Assembly (NCBI GenBank): GCA_964035545.1
Contig: OZ037768.1
Span: 22,229,319 to 22,293,318 of the forward strand
Reading direction: 5' to 3'
Source: Bugula neritina
Taxonomy: Eukaryota > Animalia > Bryozoa
DNA: 64,000 bases
Both the position numbers and the translations under genes were made by a program. Position 1 is the stretch's first letter, and each line of letters starts with the position of its first letter. This document shows positions 51,873-64,000 of this stretch, one piece after another. The notes beneath the pieces are model-generated. The model had not been told where the DNA came from. It was given only the letters and a program-made list of their open reading frames with translations, and did no database searches.

Positions 51873-53328
51873 GTATGTGTAGCGTTGCAATATCATTATA
51901 CGGTGCTTTGCAGTTAAGATACAATGCTGCAGTATTCAATATACGGCAAAACATTTTTATAAATAAATTTAATCTTATAATTTAGTTTATTAAATAATTC
52001 ATAATATTGTAAATTGCATAGTACTATATTATATACAATTAGGCTGCTATGATTATATAATATTATATATTATTATAGATTCTACCAGCTAAACTCTTTG
52101 TGTGATTCACTATGATATCTCATTGCTGTCAAGTCCCTATGGTAATGGTAGACTATCATGTAATCTATATAAATACTACAAACTAACAAAGAAAAGATAA
52201 AAATAGTATTATATATAATTCATAAAGTTTATAATATTAGCAAGTATAGTAATTTTATGCACATGTTTTACACATTCATATTTCATTAGTTACATAACCA
52301 CGTTGTAGAAACTAGGTAACAACCCAATCAAAATATTTACATATCCCTTGTGAATGCCCAGTGAAGCAATTTTAAAAATTAGTTAAATGCATAGATGAGC
52401 AGGACTCCGCCCTCAAGCTTGTCTGTTATTAATCATATAATATATCAGGTGATGTACTTCGTGATGACCAGAACTTTAAGTCAGCATATATTGATCTTTT
52501 ATCTGCTGCTTAGAAATGAATTCAAAACATGCAAGTAACTTTGTTTGAGTTTATGCGGTAAAACTCTAAGATGTAGGTATTAATATTATGTTACTATTTG
52601 GAGAAAGTTTAGTCTAATAATACGTTATTATAGAAAAGACAATATAGGTTAATGTTATGCTATTATATTGGAGTAAATTCAATCTAATAATATGATATTA
52701 TAGAAAGGAAAATAAAAGTCATGCTTCATTCTTAATATAAAATCAAAAAGTTTTAAGTTGCTTTGAAATTCAAAATTGTAGTTAGTTTCGTGATCCTCTA
52801 CAATTTATATAAATAATTTGAATTAATTTTAATGCAAATTAAATAGAAGTTACCTAAATGAGTTATTCTAATAATATTTAGATATAGATTAACTTAAATA
52901 TTTTCTCACACAACAAGCATGAGCACGCATAGATATTACTACATATCAATTATTACATAATAGTTTATTTATAGAAATACCAGTTTCATAACAACAATGC
53001 AAATATTTAAAAAAGTTACCAAGTGGTTTATTCAAAAACATGTTTTTCTGCTAATAATTTCTTACATAATAACGGTTTACTGTATGTAGAAGTAATGACA
53101 TGTAATTATAGCTAATGATATACACAATAATGAAGTCAAGAGCATACATTTCCGTAGTGATCAATGCTAACTAATTTATCATACACGTAGCTCATATAGA
53201 TTAGCAAGGCAGCTATCTCGTTAACAATCCCTGGTCCTGTATCAATAATTATTAATATTGATATAGTACTGATAACGCAATGCTTTGAATTCACTGATAG
53301 AACTCGTGGAACTATTGCTAGTACTCTG

Positions 53329-53457
53329 ATTGGCTGGCAGCTGTTCAAGAGACACTCCTATTGGTTGGTCGATTGGCTAGTAGCAACGTGCTCGTTCAAC
53401 CTTGGCTCTTTGCTAGTAATTTTGTCAAAGTCATTGGGCTGCATAGTGTAGGTAAGC
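53329..53457 (+). promoter_or_regulatory. Three inverted CCAAT boxes and a non-coding first-exon donor for the synaptotagmin-like gene
   Basis: ATTGG at 53329, 53360 and 53372; AG|GTAAGC at 53452; acceptor TTTCAG just before the ATG at 54038. Confidence 0.55.
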
Positions 53458-54037
53458 ATGTTATGTAATGCTAGCATTGTCTGTGGTTGAAACTAGTTGA
53501 AATTGTATATTCTGTTATGTTTTAGCATGCAAATATTTCGTTATTCGCTATTTGCTATTTACAGTTGGTTGTTTGCAGCCTCACATATAAAGCAATTGAT
53601 TATCAATAAGTTGGTATCCTGTATTTGTTGCTGATAAAATGATGAAATGACAGACAACTAGATAATAAAATATAAAAAGACGTAAGTATTGTATCATCTT
53701 TATATTGTATCATCAAGTAATAATTATGATTGTGGTTTGTATTTTAAATAAGTCTAAACAACCTTTGAAGTAGACAAATTTAGATGGCTTGTAAATGCTC
53801 ACTGCTTTTCAAGACTGTATATAACTGAGCTTATACAATAATTGTTACATAATTAGCCATTTGAAATGTGTTCATTTGAAGATGTTTTTTTGTTTTTAAA
53901 ACTGTTAAAAAAAACTTATCTATTTCCAATAAAAAACCAAGCCACGAAACTTTTGTTATTAAACTAATAAAAACACTGTACCTATAGAATGTCACATTTT
54001 GAATTAATGCAGATCTTTGCATACTACTATTTTCAGA

Positions 54038-57000
54038 ATGTACGTTGAAATCACCCTCGGAATTATCTCCACTATTTTGGCCGCCATTGCTGTAATTATA
54101 GCAATATTAGTAGCAAGACACAGGAAACATAAGTATGCAACTGACGAAAAGGAGCGAGAGCAGGAGAGAAGGAGAGAAGAGATTATATACAGCAAACCAA
54201 AGAGGCGTATCGGGGTGGGAACGCTTCATTTAGCAGACGGTAAATCTAAACATTTTTAATGAAACCTTTTACAGGGTAGGTCATATATATTATTAGTGTA
54301 AATTAAATGGAGTAGCTGTGAGCTAGTAGTTGAAGCACTGGCTTGGGGTACTCTGTGTCATGGCATCAAATCCAGGTGATTGCAAAAGAGCCTTTAAAAT
54401 TCTTGTGAGATTATATTAATGAGACTTTAAAAAGTGGGTTGCTTACTAAAATATTGATCTTATTATACACTGCATTATATCTGATGAGGGTGAAGCATTT
54501 TAACTCTTAGATTTCAATTACTATTTGTTTGTTATTTCTTCAACTTTTCTCGTTCAGAGGTAGGACAAATTTACTGACTCCATGCAATATGGTTCAACAT
54601 TTTGTATCTGATATTGTTTTACATTGCATAACTCACGCAAGTTCATAGTTCATATCCCTGTGAGAAACCCCTGATGGAAAGGTTTTTGTTAGAACGGGCT
54701 AAGGGCTCAGGACTTGTTTAGATGAGGCACAGGAGCAATTATGAGTGGATGATTTTCCTAACATCACCAATGGCCTTTATCGGGGTTCGAACCCATGACT
54801 TCAGGTTCACAAAGCAAACGCTTTAACCTCTAGACCACGGCTGCTCCCTACATTGCATAACATGTCATACATAATATTTAAAGTAGTGACATTTAACTTA
54901 TCATTATCACATGAAACACACAAACTGTTGAGCACATATAGGGCATTTATTATAAAATGGTGGGAATGTGTTATAACCACTTGCTAGTCTACATATAATG
55001 TATTATGAAACATATTTTCCACTACATCTGCAGTAAAGGCAGGATTGATGGAAAGAAACACAATGCTAACAAGATTTAACCAGTGCCGGGGATATTATGA
55101 TTATAAATACTTATAGGTGTTACATAAGACGTGCCAATAATGCCATTTCCTTAAGTCATAATCTAATGACTTATAATGAACTTTTATAGGAAGTTTAAAG
55201 GAAAAGTTTCATGATTTTTGATATTATTATTCCTACAGGTATTATAGAGGTAGAGGAACAGCAGGTACAGCTGCCAACTGCTGATCTGTCAGAAATTGAA
55301 GGCAGCATTGATGGTAGGTTTGCTGACAGTAGTGTCTACTGCTTGTCTTTTTGTCTAGAATATTGATATTCCAATAATGTCGAGTACCTTGTTAACTGAT
55401 GAGTGTAGCAGCCGCCTACATGTTGCTACGCTGCGTCTGTCTTGCATGTGAAGCTGTGCATGGGAGATATTCATTATATTATGTTATATTATACAATCTC
55501 ATATTATATTATACTATATTATATTGTATTATATTATATTATGTTATACTATATTATATTGTATTATGTCATATTGTATTATATTATATTATGTTATACT
55601 ATATTATGTCATATTATATCATATTAAAACATAATACATTATATTATATTGCATTATATTATACGTATTGTATTATATTATGCCATATTATATTAAAATA
55701 TATTATGTCATATCATGTTATAATATAATATAATGCATTACATTATAATATTGTATTATATTATGTTATATTATATTACAGTATATTATATTATAATTTA
55801 CTCGTATTAAGTTACATTTTCATAATATGTTACATTATACTATCTCACATTATAATATGCTATAATATATTATTATATTTTATTATATTATACTGTATTA
55901 TATGTCCCCAAGTATATTACAGTTTAGAATGTTTAATGACTGTTCTATAGTTTATATTGCTTAGTTCATATGATATTTGGGTATTGCCTGTTGTACATTA
56001 GTAAAACTTACACTTTGGATAATTTAGATTATGAGCAATAATATACTTCATTATTCTCGTTATATTTTGTGTCATTTAGTACTGCATTATAACAGTAATA
56101 GCTATTGTGTATGCTAAGAAATGCGATGTAATAATATATGTGAGCCGATAGCGTCACTAGTAAAATATAGAAATGCTACTGTATATATCATCAAGGTGGC
56201 AACACTTCTGTTAAAATTATTAGCCAATGAAACAAGGTTTTACATTCTTTTCTTCAGAGTTGAACCCATCATCCCCTTCTTTATCAGAAACGAGAAAATC
56301 TGGAGGAATATTCGGTGGCATAATTAAAGTATTTGCTAAGTCGCCGTCAGCATCGTCCGATTCACCTTTGAAGATGAAAACGCAGACTCGAGTAAAAAAG
56401 TCTTCCCACAGTATTACGAGTCCAGAATCCTTTCAAACCGCGCAAGACGCCATAACTTCCGCCCAATCTCCTAAAACCTCCATCGGCTCCAACTACGACA
56501 GCAGTGGAAATGGCGAACCAGAAATCATTCTTTCCATTTTATACAACGACATGGCAGCTTCGCTAACTGTAACAGTCTCGTGTATAACTAACCTGGACAG
56601 CAAGTTGTATGACCACAACCTGTACGTCCAGGCAATACTCAGACCCAAGCACAACCAGAAGCAACGCACCCAGGATGTCCCGGCCATTCACCCGGAGTTC
56701 AACGAGTGCTTTTTCTTTGATAAGATAATGATCCTTGACCTCCCAACAAGTCACCTTATGGTCACGCTTCACAAGTCATCTACTGGTCGGCAGATTGCGG
56801 AACTTTTCATCAACATGGCGGCCATTAATATGAAGTATGGCGAAACGTCTCATTTCAAGTTCCCGATGGTGACCAAACGCCGCAGTAGAAAAGTAAGTAA
56901 CTGATATTTAAGCTAAACTGCTCTGTCATTGGTCATTTTACTTTAGTGGTACAATTTCATTGGATTAAATCACTAAAGATGTGCAATTGGATTTATTGTA

Positions 57001-59234
57001 TTTTTAGAACAAAAGTTACTTTTTGCTTGAAACTACATTGCTTTAAAAAGGTTTCGTGTATATTGAGTATGTATATAAGCATACTGTATATAGGCATATA
57101 CTCTAATATGCTTATACATGTATACATAAAGTCACTGCAAATGCATTCATATACTCTTTAATGCTTTGTATGTACCTAGACCCAATATGTAACTATGCAT
57201 ATACTCCTATATTAACTTGCATAAATCTTGAAATGCATATGCATATAATATATAATATAATATATGTATACACTTTGATATGAACATGTATATAATATAA
57301 TATAATATGTATACTCTTTAGGAGTCGACATTAGACAGGTTGCTGAGTGTAGAACTGGGACAGATTATGATATTACTACATTACCAAGTCTATCGTAACA
57401 GACTCAAGGTTCAAGTACACAAGGCAAGCCAACTTCCCAAGTCTGACTCTCCACTCTTCATTAAACCAGGTATGCAAATCTATATGTTGTATTTATATAT
57501 GTGCTGTGTTTATGTTATGTTTATGTTATGTTTGTGTTGTGATGTGTGTGTGCGTGTGCGTGTGCGTGTGCGTGTGCGCGTGTGTGTGTGCGTGAGTGCG
57601 TGGCTCGCACATTCTATATTATACATGGTGTGTGTTTTATAAGAAATATTATGTAATTTCAACAATCTAATATATTCATGCGTGCATACGAATATATATA
57701 CAAATGCATATATTTTGCATTTATCATACGTCATACATATTTATGCATTTTATCTTATAGATTATGTATATAATGTATTATAGATATTAATATATATTGG
57801 CTATTATAATATATAAAGAATATTATAACTTATCGTATAACAGCACTTAGTAAGTCTAAAAGCAGCATAAAACTAATGTAGTAGTCCAATGAGTTAAAGT
57901 TTGCTTTATTTATTAAATCGTAATGCCCATTCATGTATAATTTAGGTATTAAATACTAACAATGTATTCCATACTTTAATTACAGACTACCAAGTAGTCA
58001 TTGAGCTCTTCAACAGACACACCCACCAAATGCTCATCTCGAAGAGCTCAACGGTGCAGACCGGAGAGAATCCTATTTGGAATGAACCTTTCTTCTTTGA
58101 ATTAAACCTCCTTCAACTTGATGATCACTACTTGGACTTTACAGGTAAGCATTTTCGTATATAATACAACAAAATATGCTTAAATATTAGATATCTATGG
58201 GACATTTCTCTCATAACTCATTGTGTGTTGCTAGTACACTTTTCAGGACTCGTACTACGTATTACTACACTGTGCACAACTCATACTACGTATTACTACA
58301 CTGCTCACAATTCATACTACATATTACTACACTGCTCACAACTCATACTACGTATTACTACACTGCTCACAACTCATACTACGTATTACTACACTGCTCA
58401 CAACTCATACTACGTATTACTACACTGCTCACAACAAATACTAACATACTTTATACACAACACACAATACGATTCAATACATTGAAAATTTGCTTATCAG
58501 TTTGTCATTTAATAAAGTATTTGCATTGACCTATTGTTTTCACATTCCCCACAGCAGCTTGTTGTGTATGCACACTACACTCGGCTGTTTCGTATGCATG
58601 ATTATCAATTATGAAATCTCGATTCACACGTTGCATGTTTGCATGACATGCAGTCAGTGTAATAATTATAGATGGACTCACAGCATACAGGATAAAGATT
58701 ACAATTATTTACAGAAATTATGCCTAATTATTATATATATATATATATGATGTTATATGCCGAGGGTAAATGTAGCCTGCACTCAGTTCCGTAATTACAT
58801 TTGACACAACCTAGCTTTCCAGGCCATGATATGCAAATGGATATTATATATTCCATAAGCAATGAACTCACTTCTCTAACTAAGAATGTAGCTGTATTAT
58901 GTAGAAAATAACATGTACATTTTCACCTTTCACCACCACATCCTGTTCTCCATGTTGCCGTTTAATTATTGCTGTGCTACGCAAAAGAGCAAATCAAACA
59001 TCAAAACTATTATATGAAGGGATCATTGTGGGTACACATGCTGTTTTAGTGGTGGAGAAAAGTCGGTGCAAGCTGCACGATGATGTCATAGGTCATGTGC
59101 TGTTGGGACCGGATAATACCAGCAGTCAGGCTATCAACCAATGGAAAGAGTGCTCTCAGCCTTGCAAACTAGAGGAAGCTCAGTGGCATACTATAGTTCC
59201 AGTAATTAAATACTCTGTGGAAGCATTCAGATAG
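54038..59234 (+). CDS. Synaptotagmin-like protein (N-terminal TM + tandem C2 domains)
   Basis: TM ITLGIISTILAAIAVIIAILVA followed by RHRKHK; C2A EIILSILY...LTVTV...HPEFNECFFF; C2B LGQIMILLHYQ...RLKVQVHKASQLP, ENPIWNEPFFF, DVIGHVLLG, QWKE, QWHTI. Confidence 0.88.
54633..54848 (-). mobile_element. Full-length tRNA-derived SINE with 13-bp TSD
   Basis: Begins GGGAGCAGCCGTGGTCTAGAGG (A box), B box GGTTCGAACCC; TSD TACATTGCATAAC at 54620-54632 and 54849-54861. Confidence 0.92.
55468..55905. repeat. Degenerate (ATATT)n pentamer tract
   Basis: Period-5 AT-rich repeat. Confidence 0.9.
58248..58435. repeat. 31-bp tandem repeat, ~6 copies
   Basis: Unit actcatactacgtattactacactgctcaca. Confidence 0.92.
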
Positions 59235-59568
59235 TGTGTACCATGGAAACATTAACATAAAGTGTACCATGGAATCATTCAGATAGTGTGTACCATGGAA
59301 ACATTCAGGTAGTGTGTACCATGGAAACATTCAGATAGTGTGTACCATGGAAATATTCAGGTAGTGTGTACCATGGAAACATTCAGATAGTGTGTACCAT
59401 GGAATCATTCAGTTAGTGTGTACTATGGAAACATTCAGGTAGAATGCGCCATGGAAACATTCAAATAATGTGTACTATATGGAAACAGTTGGAGAGAGTG
59501 CACCATGGAAACATGCGGTTAGTATATACCATGGAAACATTCAGATAGAGTATGCTATGGAAACATGT
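59224..59568. repeat. 26-bp repeat, ~13 copies, starting in the last codons and stop of the synaptotagmin-like gene
   Basis: Unit cattcagaTAGtgtgtaccatggaaa. Confidence 0.92.
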
Positions 59569-60402
59569 AAATGAAAATTGGAACCAAAGCGTATGAGTAG
59601 TTCTTGAGATACTTTGAGTTTATAGTAATTATTATTTACCTACTCATTCAGGTCACGCTAGGATTCCTGTATACATATTAGATATGCCAACAACTGCACA
59701 TTATTGTAATAGTAAAGGACAAGTCTTTTCCGTTGCATATTTTTGCTTTAAAGCTTTACAGTTCCAAAAAATCGCTTTGCAAGGAACGATAATATTCAAT
59801 TCTACTGAAAGTGCATTTAAGAAAACTTTCTATAAAATGAACAGAATAAATATATATTTTAGAAAATTTGATATTAATATTTATTAAATATATTTCTAAA
59901 GAAATATTGTTCATGTACAGGTACTAAAAAGCAGTCGATACATATAAAAATGATCAAAAAAGATGTAAAGGAAAGTCTCTCAGTAATTATGCAATAAAAT
60001 GGACGGTTTTAGGTAGCTAATCTTGAGATCAAAGGTGTCTCTAGTCTCCAAGTATAATAAAACTTGAGCATGTAAATATAATAAATATTTAATATTTGGA
60101 CGGCTATAAGACTATAAATCACATACTTTAGCTCGTTATCAGGAACTTACAGTATCTATACACACCTTATGTGTTGACATTACAGGAATTATATCTACAT
60201 GTTAACAACGAGCTTATCTGTAGAGAGTATTTCAAGGTGTTATAAATCAAATAGAAACATTCACTTCAACACTGATTCAAATAGGAATTTGATAAAAGCA
60301 GTCAAGCAGTTTGACCAAAAGCAAATGTTTTTAAAAAGCTGCAATGTTTGATGATTGAAAAGGGTTCATCCATCAGTTTAAATCTCTGTGGATTTACAGT
60401 GT

Positions 60403-63400
60403 TTACCAATTCTTCTTGAATAAACTCATTTTAGGTAATTTTGTTTTACCATCAGTCTTTCCTAATGACTTCCTGAAACATTCAAACAAAACGTAGCCCA
60501 AGGATGTCATTACAAGTGAATGTAGATTATTACTTCTTTAACTCATTAACAAGCAGCTGATAAAGTTAACAACATCAATAGAAGTAATAATAATAAACTG
60601 ATGACTACCATCTTAACAAACAAAACTACCTGCTAGATGCCAACTGACAACGGTCTTTTTGGAGCCTAGGGCGTATAATTAGAAAAACTAAACATTTTTC
60701 AAGCCCATTGAGAGTGCAAGTTGAATTAATGTAGACATTATAAAATTGGAAAAGAAATTAATATTGCTCAAATTATGTATTGCAATAATCATTAATTGCA
60801 GCTATAGTGATGTAATACGTATTTATAGGCTGAATTCAAAAAAGAATTATATACACTCTTACTTTATACTACTAAAACTGTAATGCTTTTATATTAATTG
60901 CTAGGCAAACCTATGCCTACAATGTATATTGTTCTTCTTACACCCCTTTGACGGATGTTTTTATCCACCCCTTTAGTGCACAATTCTCTGGTAAATAAAC
61001 TCCGTTAAGCAGATAGTTATGTGTTCCAGGGGGTGAATAAAAAGCATGCATGGGTCAAAATGGGTGTAAGAAGAACAACACATTGTAGAAATAAATATGC
61101 CGAACAATTCATATTAAAGCATTTTTAGACCAGTTCTATAAATCTGATCTGCAGTTGTTCAGCAATAATTAACCAAATATTAAGTATTAATCCTATCTAA
61201 AATGTTCAACAAGACGATTATCAAAGTTATAACAGTTAATCAATGGTGACAGTGGTATATCATATGGTAGAACGTACATTGGCAGCAGTATGAGTATATT
61301 ATATGGTAGAACATATACTGACAGCAGTATAGCATATTATAGCACATATAATACATACCTCTCTTTAGTCGAAAACAGTTCTTGGTTTTCCGAAGAACTT
61401 CTTGAAAGCAGTGGAGAGGTATTAGGGGACGTGTATACAGGTAACTTAGAGCTATTGGATTTGCGTTCTTTGTTTGAAGTCTCTTTACTTCTTTGTTCTG
61501 TAAAATCATAATATGATAACTGGTATGACACTAAAGTAGCTGAGCTTAAGGCTGCATAAACCTATAACATTTTATAAATGATATACATGTATATCATATA
61601 CATTATAACATCTTAATGGTTTATAAAGGGTTAAGGTAATAAAATATTCCAGATTGTTACTGTGCAAATAATTTCATTAACAATATCTATAGTAAGTTTA
61701 AAACATGCAATAAGTGCTGCACTCTGAGGTATACTATTTCTAATAACAATTAAACTATGCAAATGCAATTGGTCACAAGAGATATATAAAACAATTGTTC
61801 TACCTTTATGACCATAATGTAGTTAATAGCAAAACGTTTCCATACATTCTATGATAGTGATATTAATGAATAAGGCAATTGATTGAAGCTTTACTGCACT
61901 GCTAGATATTGTATACAAGAAAATGTATATACAATTTCAGCAAGAGTTAGCATAATCCCTACTTTTCTAAACTTTGCATTATGGGAATGGATTTGTCATT
62001 GTGTCAATGAGATAATGTCATTCGAATCAAACTATAACCAAAAATATATTATTCAAATGAAACAGTCAATCAAATCCATTTGATGTATGGAAACAGATTA
62101 TAGTAAAATGACTGCTAACAATAGTAATAAGCCTTCACTTTTCGGTGTAATAAAATGATTCAAGCTGTTATTAGTTTATTTTTCTTTGATTTAAAAAAGT
62201 ACAAGTTTAGGCTTTTGTGTCTAATAAATTAAATTTGTCGAAAACCAAGGCATAGTGAGAGGTGTGTATAGCTGAAGAACTGAAGCCAATACAGTGTATA
62301 GTTAAAGAACTAAAGCTAACAAAGTGCATAGCTAAAGAACTAAAGCTAACAAAATGTATAGCTAAGGAACTAAAGCTAACAAAGTGTATAGCTAAAGAAC
62401 TAAAGCTAACAAAGAGCACATAGCTGAAGAATTAAAGCTAACAAAGTGTATAGCTAAAGAACTAAAGCTAACAAAGAGCACATAGCTGAGGAACTAAAGT
62501 GTGTACCTAGAGGTCCAGAGCTTCTGGGGAACTGAGGACTGTCTGTCACACCAACTGAAGGTAGACTGTCCGAGGAGCCGGTGTGAGAAGCAGACGGCAG
62601 GTTCAACAGAGACCGAGTGAACTCTGATGAGACTGAATCTTCTGACTCGACCAGAGAAGGCGACTCCTGCTCTCCAAACGTCTGCTCAACCTCTTCACCA
62701 TCCTGCTCGATCTCCTCAGTGTCTGCAATGACACTGAGGTCACATGACGACAGGTAGCGGCGGTGAGCTTCCCTTGGGTCACCTCGCCACTCTACCCTTC
62801 CTGTAAACAAATGTTCTGAAAACTGAGACTATTGAATAAAACTAAATATTATCTTCTATGTCTATCAATTATAGTAATCTTTAAATAAGCAGTTAGAATT
62901 TTTGTTTTTTGTTTTTATAAAATCAATTAAATAAAGCAAAAACTCGAGTGTAGTTTTTCACTTTTATTCTTTTGCTATTTCAAGATATTTTCTAGCTAAT
63001 GATTGTTTACAATAACTTGATCGTGAGTTTAAATAGTAATACTTGAAAACTGATTAGCAAATATATAAAAGGCTGTTTGAATTATTACATAGAAACTACT
63101 AAGTATTGTTCATTGTGAGAAGTTTCATTAATTACCAAGAAGTAGGAAATTGATTTTTAGATAAAGATAGTGGCAGACTTCAAACAATGACGAGTTAGAA
63201 AAGACAGCCGACCAAGCTTATCAAACTAATTGGGGAAGCAAACTTTTTATACTGAAATATCAACAAAGAAATGACCAATAGTTGCTGATAAAACTGCTCT
63301 GCCGGAAATCAACACTCATGAGAGGAAAACTCCTAATTCTCTTGAAAATATGCACAGTTTATACTAAAGTAGCTTTTCTAGCTTATAAATCATCACTCTT

Positions 63401-64000
63401 GAAGCCATTTAGCAGAATTTACACTTTTTATTAAACTTAGTTTCAATAACTCACTAGGTTGAGGTAAGAGTAGTAATAGAGAAATTGCGAAATTGCGAAA
63501 AGCCTGTGTTCTAGGTTAGAAATGTAGCAAAAGAAGTTACATTCTTGTGACAACGTTAACTGGTGTCCCAAAACAAAATTTATTAAGAAAATTAAAGAAC
63601 TTGAATTGCTATTGAAATTTTTCCATTACTAAACCTAAATGACTAGGTTATCGTGTGCCAGCCACTGCATGTAATTGAATTCTTCAAACTGATTACCACT
63701 AGCATGTTTTTTCTCAACAGAAAAAATTTCTCTGTATAGCTCCTAGATGTTAGTTACTTAAAACATACCTGACTTGGCCATGATGTCTTCTTTAACTAGG
63801 CCAACATCTGTGCTCTCTACTACACTATCATCATCACCTCGAAACTTAGAGTCGGACTGTTCGAAAGAATTTGTTCTCATTCTCGTTTCTTTTGGCAAGT
63901 CCGGCAAACTTTTATTGATTCTGGGTGTTGGAGCTAAACACTTCTTAGACTTCTGTTTAGCTTTTTTCAACTGTTTGAATATCTTCATAGTTTTGTCTCT
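60403..64000 (-). CDS. 3' exons of an unknown Ser/acidic low-complexity protein (5' end outside the window)
   Basis: Phase-compatible GT-AG exons at ~64000-63769, ~62801-62507, ~61498-61358 and ~60473-60403, ending ...KMSLFKKNW*. Confidence 0.7.
60918..61087. mobile_element. Fold-back MITE with TA ends (Tc1/mariner-like)
   Basis: tacaatgt.tattgttcttcttacaccc ... gggtgtaagaagaacaacacattgta; further inverted matches inside. Confidence 0.8.
62263..62505. repeat. 30-bp repeat starting at a donor of the last gene
   Basis: Unit atagctaaagaactaaagctaacaaagtgt. Confidence 0.9.

Noticed and set aside
54770-54848. tRNA gene-like sequence (also ~51020-51090, ~35290-35375, ~54310-54390)
   Set aside because: SINE heads or decayed copies; no intact acceptor stem or cloverleaf.

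Overview
AT-rich, intron-rich invertebrate (metazoan, probably lophotrochozoan) genomic DNA; no prokaryotic features or CRISPR. Gene order: first exon of a minus-strand gene with an eIF4H-like N-terminus (leaves the window at left), divergent from a ~18 kb MYBBP1A/POL5-like gene (+); a secreted C-type-lectin/mucin/PAN protein (-); MCM3 (-); a single-PDZ protein (-); a probably GPI-anchored multi-Ig protein (-); a Ca2+-independent-looking synaptotagmin-like gene (+); and the 3' part of an unknown Ser-rich gene (-). Mobile DNA: a 3.2 kb long-TIR element in MYBBP1A, a decayed hAT (Charlie/Buster-type) element in MCM3 intron 1 holding two nested 9-bp-TSD MITEs, several copies of a tRNA-derived SINE, and a TA-flanked MITE. 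Two patterns are not explained by these annotations. (1) Degenerate, strand-symmetric hexamer-periodic (ANTnnn)n tracts lie at the 5' ends of the housekeeping genes and inside the 3.2 kb element. (2) Many unrelated minisatellites start exactly at exon boundaries and multiply splice donors, branch/acceptor-like motifs or stop codons. Exon structures were traced by eye and protein identities come from recalled family motifs; no database search was run.
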